Part shown: one piece after another, positions 63,607 through 64,000 of the stretch | Layout of the letters: each line of letters begins with the position of its first letter | Numbering within the stretch: position 1 is the stretch's first letter | Origin: Felis catus | Lineage: Eukaryota | Assembly (NCBI RefSeq): GCF_018350175.1 | Contig: NC_058373.1 | Span: 105,960,001-106,024,000 of the forward strand | Direction: 5' to 3' | DNA: 64,000 nucleotides | Made by a program: the position numbers and the translations under genes | Notes under the pieces: generated by a model | Databases searched by the model: none | Told to the model about the DNA's origin: nothing | What the model saw: only the letters and a program-made list of their open reading frames with translations

Positions 63607-64000
63607 GGATACTGGGAGATGATTATGACATATATTTAGAACAGATTTATTTATTGTAGATTCCTGGAAAACTGCTGGTGATGTATACTAATAAAAGTTA
63701 ACATTGCTCCGAGTTTCTGGTTGAAATAACACAAAGAAGCTAAATAAGCCCCAGGTTTAGCGGCAGATTTTTTCTAGCGAACTGGATATAGTTTTCATTG
63801 TCTATTCTTAAAGGAAATAGTGTAAAACACTTAACCATTGGTAGTAAGAAACTAAAAATTATTTCTATTAGTCAGCCTTTGCTTGTAGGATCTCACTTCT
63901 TATTTTTATATATCGAGTGAAAACATGTCTGTCAGACACAGAGAACATTACTGTGTAGGTGGTGGTGAGTCATATTGTGGTATTTCATGTAATGACTAAT

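Larger units (their letters stand above)
52334..64000 (+). other. DAAM1: DAAM1 intron after the first coding exon (continues beyond window)
   Basis: Starts GTGAGT. I did not see the next expected coding sequence (DELDLTDKHREAMF..., from memory) in the window. Confidence 0.8.

Overview
This is mammalian genomic DNA, and the abundant felid-type tRNA-derived CAN-SINEs (SINEC_Fc-like) and carnivore L1 3' ends point to a cat-family genome. The window lies inside the + strand gene DAAM1 (Dishevelled-associated activator of morphogenesis 1, a Diaphanous-related formin). Only one exon is confidently visible: the 220-nt first coding exon at 52114-52333. It has a 37-nt 5'UTR part, a perfect Kozak ATG at 52151, 61 codons (MAPRKRGGRG...MFTELV) and a phase-0 GTGAGT donor. 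The rest is inferred to be intronic (about 52 kb upstream, about 11.7 kb downstream). It holds roughly 28 CAN-SINE units, about 10 L1 fragments (all antisense to DAAM1), L2/MIR/MaLR relics, hAT-Charlie MITEs and microsatellites. The other ORFs in the track are repeat-derived or look like chance. I found no evidence of a new multi-gene system. The most notable local structures are: a ~75-bp unique segment copied ~1.07 kb away into a (TG)n...(CA)n microsatellite, next to twin palindromes; an isolated L1 endonuclease-domain snippet with no 3' end; a perfect 94-bp tandem duplication; a ~440-bp pure C/T expansion inside a SINE; and inverted SINEs around the AUG exon (dsRNA/circRNA hypothesis). Repeat family names come from recognition by eye, and boundaries of old repeats are approximate.
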